Shown: positions 39,701-42,192 of the stretch, piece after piece
Layout of the letters: the number at the start of each line of letters is the position of its first letter
How positions within the stretch are numbered: the stretch's first letter is position 1
From: an uncultured archaeon
GTDB taxonomy: Archaea > Asgardarchaeota > Lokiarchaeia > Sigyniarchaeales > SOKP01
NCBI GenBank assembly: GCA_964632315.1
Contig: CAZWEM010000041.1
Span: forward strand, 2,714 to 44,905
DNA: 42,192 nt
Direction: 5' to 3'
Position numbers and translations under genes: made by a program
Notes under the pieces: model-generated
The model's database searches: none
What the model saw: only the letters and a program-made list of their open reading frames with translations
Told to the model about the DNA's origin: nothing

Positions 39701-41166
39701 TCTGTGGCAAGATCAATAAAAGAAATTGTTTCTCCTTGTAATGGAGATCCATATTGTGATAATGTAGCAGTAATCAAAGCATCTTGATTATTACGAAAGC
39801 CTGCAGTGAAATTAGTATCAACAAATAATGAATAATTTTCAGGACTCCAAGGGTTTCCTCCTACACCGAAACTATCATAAAGCACGTCCATTTGTACCCA
39901 TCTACCTCCTCCACTAGATGGAACGTACACTTCTGCCCAGTTGTATATATTTCGATACTTTATTGCAAAGGTATTTTGGTATTCTTGTTTATCCCACATT
40001 TCTTCTATACCTATACTATTAAAACCATCAATAAACCGGCTTGCAACACCAAAAATCCGGGTGAATACACAAAATGCTGTAGCAAAATCTGACCACAATC
40101 CTTCTCGAGTCTCACAAAAATAGTCAACTACATCTCTTCCTGAAGGTGCAGCAGTGTAACTGTTGGGATCGGAAGGTAATGAAAATTGATATTGCAGGTA
40201 ATTACGAATTTTATTTGCGACTATAAAAGCATTATCGCTTGGAGATATTATATTATTTAGATTAATATAATCATCATAAACATAAGGATTATTGGCAAGA
40301 TAAGCTAAAACGGTTCCTGGTAATTGAAGAAATCTATTTTGAATGGATAATGGAGTATAACTGGCAGATAATGCACTCGAATTAATTTCAAAATTTGAGG
40401 GTAAATTTAGTCCAAATAATTCATAACTCATATTAACTTCGGCGCTATCGTAGAAATTAAGCTCAGCTGTTGTAGAATTAAAATCATTTTTATATAATTC
40501 TACAGAATTATTATCCAGATTTTTTGCTTTCAAGCTTCCTTCCATGATAAATGGAGTTGGGAATAAGCTTGGAATTACAATTGAATTGATGCCCGTGGTT
40601 GGATTTAAAGGCACTTTTAATCTTATTAAATCTTTATCGGAATGATAAGAATTATAATCACTAAAAGAATAAAATGATGTCAAATTAGAAGTAGAAGTTG
40701 ATTGCCAACTATCCCCCGTATATTTATCAAAAGATTCATATTTCCATAATTTATTTGACATACTATTAAAATCGGTATAATCATAAACTCTAAAAACTTC
40801 AATTTCAGAAGCTAGTAAAGCTAATAAACCTTGAGAATAATTTCCCAAGTCTAAATCATCAATATCTCCATCAAACATGTTTTGCAACATATCAAGAAGA
40901 TCACTGATTTGATCTTGAGTTAGATTCAAATCTTGGAAATCAGAGAAGTTAAAGGGAAATGGTGTAGTTATAAGTTGTATTCCCTCCTCTTCCCTTGCTT
41001 TGGATAATTCATCACTTGGGGAAGGTCTTTGAGTGTTAAAAATTAAGCTTGATAATAAAATTGAGAAAGCAAAAGCAGCAATTAATAGAGCAGTTACTAA
41101 TGCTATTCCTATGATTCTTTTTTTGTTAATTTTGGTTACTAACAGATCTTCACGGAATTCTGACAT
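36730..41166 (-). CDS. Large membrane-anchored transglutaminase-like protein with Ig-like repeats; catalytic Cys and His appear substituted
   Basis: N-terminal TM, LWKYESFDKYTGDSW, GRDVVDYF..TREGLWSDFATA..FTRIFGVASRFIDGF, NWAEVYVP...WVQMD; many NxS/T sequons. Confidence 0.8.
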   Translation of the reverse strand: MSEFREDLLVTKINKKRIIGIALVTALLIAAFAFSILLSSLIFNTQRPSPSDELSKAREEEGIQLITTPFPFNFSDFQDLNLTQDQISDLLDMLQNMFDGDIDDLDLGNYSQGLLALLASEIEVFRVYDYTDFNSMSNKLWKYESFDKYTGDSWQSTSTSNLTSFYSFSDYNSYHSDKDLIRLKVPLNPTTGINSIVIPSLFPTPFIMEGSLKAKNLDNNSVELYKNDFNSTTAELNFYDSAEVNMSYELFGLNLPSNFEINSSALSASYTPLSIQNRFLQLPGTVLAYLANNPYVYDDYINLNNIISPSDNAFIVANKIRNYLQYQFSLPSDPNSYTAAPSGRDVVDYFCETREGLWSDFATAFCVFTRIFGVASRFIDGFNSIGIEEMWDKQEYQNTFAIKYRNIYNWAEVYVPSSGGGRWVQMDVLYDSFGVGGNPWSPENYSLFVDTNFTAGFRNNQDALITATLSQYGSPLQGETISFIDLATDDFLGSAVTDIYGNASIMIPIDSTQVVGPHYITATYNPQTINYTRFDIYGDIQVQLNSINPPSVNLSLSTSTNIQGYLADPLNGLRVRNAQVEFVLLYKGTNIRASPFFPNFGITRMNGDFDMSVDADSSLIPGNYVVRVDFNGTFIDPLDLTPFNLFLVNSYSSNQLDFNITKGTKNLLFYIDNVPSNIPNSPLVSRYSTIRLKAYVYHDTLGPLANEYVEFYDYTDGNNFLNGNYTNSEGFTTIDYFIGAQVISGPNLLYARLGFQENYSYYILNDAPTIHLISGPTPRTINRTGGGQTAFNVVGEITDTNDRSKKLGFSDIKLTLLRGGVNYSSFLIPFDSYPFQTSSNGYFNLNFGVAPNTPTGNYTLRLDFNGTINLFQIGNPYPYLFNLPILSNSTYLDYELEINTPPTLKFDFYIDGYDSYDYYNPVINRNGQVNLSVYLELLNPLDNEVIEFYDLTQDLYIGWTQTINGRASFIYYTNILACAGPHLIYAKWGSNYNYSYFTLNDNIVLDVQTGPNPNQIFRGGEIFTIQGTITDSLNGAPIKFTEIYIALLDSTMTDVSYYLSSNLFQLDDSGTFDLSLSVDIATPAANYTLNVGFYGEFIYSLPNNQFNQFDFNFDILTYSNFTSSDDANYDLKVIDPNDIAIQFLIDGSPALSFYDDFNLPERYNKGDIINFSIYVTQSGTPVSDGTLVLTDVYLNSEIGSHLFNSSDNGRWDFNVNSISWHAGLHRIRVQWASAPTVNTTYIIINDAISISASSSQQAIQRSLDSFNVFGTVQDGSVNLRGLNIGIHLLDSSLNDVSVYLNLAGSQIFNLIDGSYQFDINSIDLSCPQGKYYFRIDFNGSISELGISLSDYMIHSSSLLISLNVTAGTYIVGNYDTTFEGGFYEGDEIHAYGYLYWDNGSLITGSRSITINIEDGLGGVIKTEIGTTDGSGWFNITITVDSPDWPDQAEVWATFDPVDSFIAPDHYYIESTIIELFRA

Positions 41167-41344
41167 ATGAGATCAACAATCCACTCTGCTTATACCTTGA
41201 TCAATTTGCAATATTAATTAAAATTATGATATAAATAATTTTCCTACTAATTGTTCAATCCATGAAATATTCATAAAATAAGTGAATATTTTTGTTTGAA
41301 AATTTTGAAAGAAGTTTCAAAAAATTAGAAAAAATATTTTTAAA

Positions 41345-42190
41345 TTAAAATTCAAAACCGCATTTAGTGCACACACTTTTTTTAGCATACTGAGGCTTGG
41401 GGATATAACTAATTATTTTGGTTTTATCTTCAACCTCTTTTATAGCAAAACCCGAAGCACCACAATTCGGGCAAACTCTTCTTCCTGAAAGGCCAACACC
41501 CTCTGAGACCGGTTTAGGGGAAAAAGATTGAGTAGGGGATCCAAATTGAGAACCACTTCCAACACCTTGTTCCTGAGAAGTTATACCTTGAGCCAAGCTT
41601 GAAGGCATGACTGCCTTTGGTTCCTTTAGTTCTTGTATTCTTCTTTCTTTATAAGATACTTCTTCCTGTAATTTATTTACTTGTGATTGTAATGGCCCAA
41701 TCTGTTGTTGAAGGCTCATATTCTCTTGTTGCAGTTGTTGTAGCTGTGATTGTAATTCGGGAATCATTGATTGAAACTGTGCTTTTTCATTGTTCAATTG
41801 GTTAATTTGATTTTGATAGCTTTCTAAAGTCGCTCGACTATTTTGTAACTGGCCATTTAATTGAGAAACAGACCTTTCTTTTTCTGTAAGTTTAGCATTT
41901 AAACTTGCGACCTGTGAATTAAGTTGATTAAGTTGATTTTGAAGTTGGTTAATAGTTGTATCTTTTTGTTGCATTTGTCCATAAACAGCATCATATTCTC
42001 CTTGACTTGGACCAGTAGATGTAATAGGTTCTCGTGAGAATTGAGGTTCGGGTTGATATTGGGGTGGTGGACTTGGGGGTTGTGATGGGGGCGTAATTGA
42101 TGGGGGAGAAACTGAGGGGGGTGGCATTGAAGGGGGTTTTATCGGGGGTTTAGATTCCTCGTCGTCATCACGTTCATATTCGTCCGACAT
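41345..42190 (-). CDS. Pro-rich N-terminus, Gln-rich coiled coil and C-terminal Zn ribbon protein
   Basis: PPS repeats, heptad Q/L-rich segment, CPNC...CTKC. Confidence 0.75.
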   Translation of the reverse strand: MSDEYERDDDEESKPPIKPPSMPPPSVSPPSITPPSQPPSPPPQYQPEPQFSREPITSTGPSQGEYDAVYGQMQQKDTTINQLQNQLNQLNSQVASLNAKLTEKERSVSQLNGQLQNSRATLESYQNQINQLNNEKAQFQSMIPELQSQLQQLQQENMSLQQQIGPLQSQVNKLQEEVSYKERRIQELKEPKAVMPSSLAQGITSQEQGVGSGSQFGSPTQSFSPKPVSEGVGLSGRRVCPNCGASGFAIKEVEDKTKIISYIPKPQYAKKSVCTKCGFEF

Positions 42191-42192
42191 AA

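Noticed and set aside
1562-41805. Numerous short antisense or overlapping ORFs in the track (e.g. 1562-1789, 3908-4261, 29234-29704, 33106-33378)
   Set aside because: They are shadows of longer, motif-bearing genes and have no recognisable motifs of their own.
1-42192. CRISPR arrays, rRNA, IS elements, proviral genes, selenoprotein TGA readthrough
   Set aside because: No repeat-spacer periodicity, rRNA-like tract, transposase/integrase motif, or in-frame TGA at a Cys position was seen.

Overview
AT-rich, gene-dense archaeal chromosome segment. Gene content (ribophorin I, Sec61beta, roadblock/LC7, V4R/Bet3-like proteins, type II MetAP, BHB-intron tRNA, bacterial-type TPI) points to an Asgard archaeon, probably Lokiarchaeia; this is an inference. 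Left to right: a partial HtpX/M48 protease; an N-glycosylation/translocon neighbourhood (GPT/AglH, tRNA-Gln, Trm112, ribophorin I, Sec61beta, sugar-modifying genes); map; a roadblock protein; a penicillin-acylase-family hydrolase; a tandem V4R/TRAPP-like pair; trx, hdrC and tpiA; leuS; a lipS2-lplA-lipS1-fbiB(cofE)-cofD cofactor run; a MoxR/DUF58/transglutaminase-like surface-protein operon; and a Pro-rich coiled-coil Zn-ribbon protein. Main observation: leuS is interrupted inside its conserved [13 protein letters not shown] motif by a 30-nt, stop-containing insert (23541-23570). The insert folds into a bulge-helix-bulge (BHB) motif, and cleavage at the canonical sites restores the frame and motif exactly, so it looks like a tRNA-endonuclease-type intron in an essential mRNA. 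The tRNA-Gln gene in the same window carries a 29-nt BHB intron of the same architecture at the non-canonical position 59/60. All product calls come from motif recognition by eye, not from database searches.
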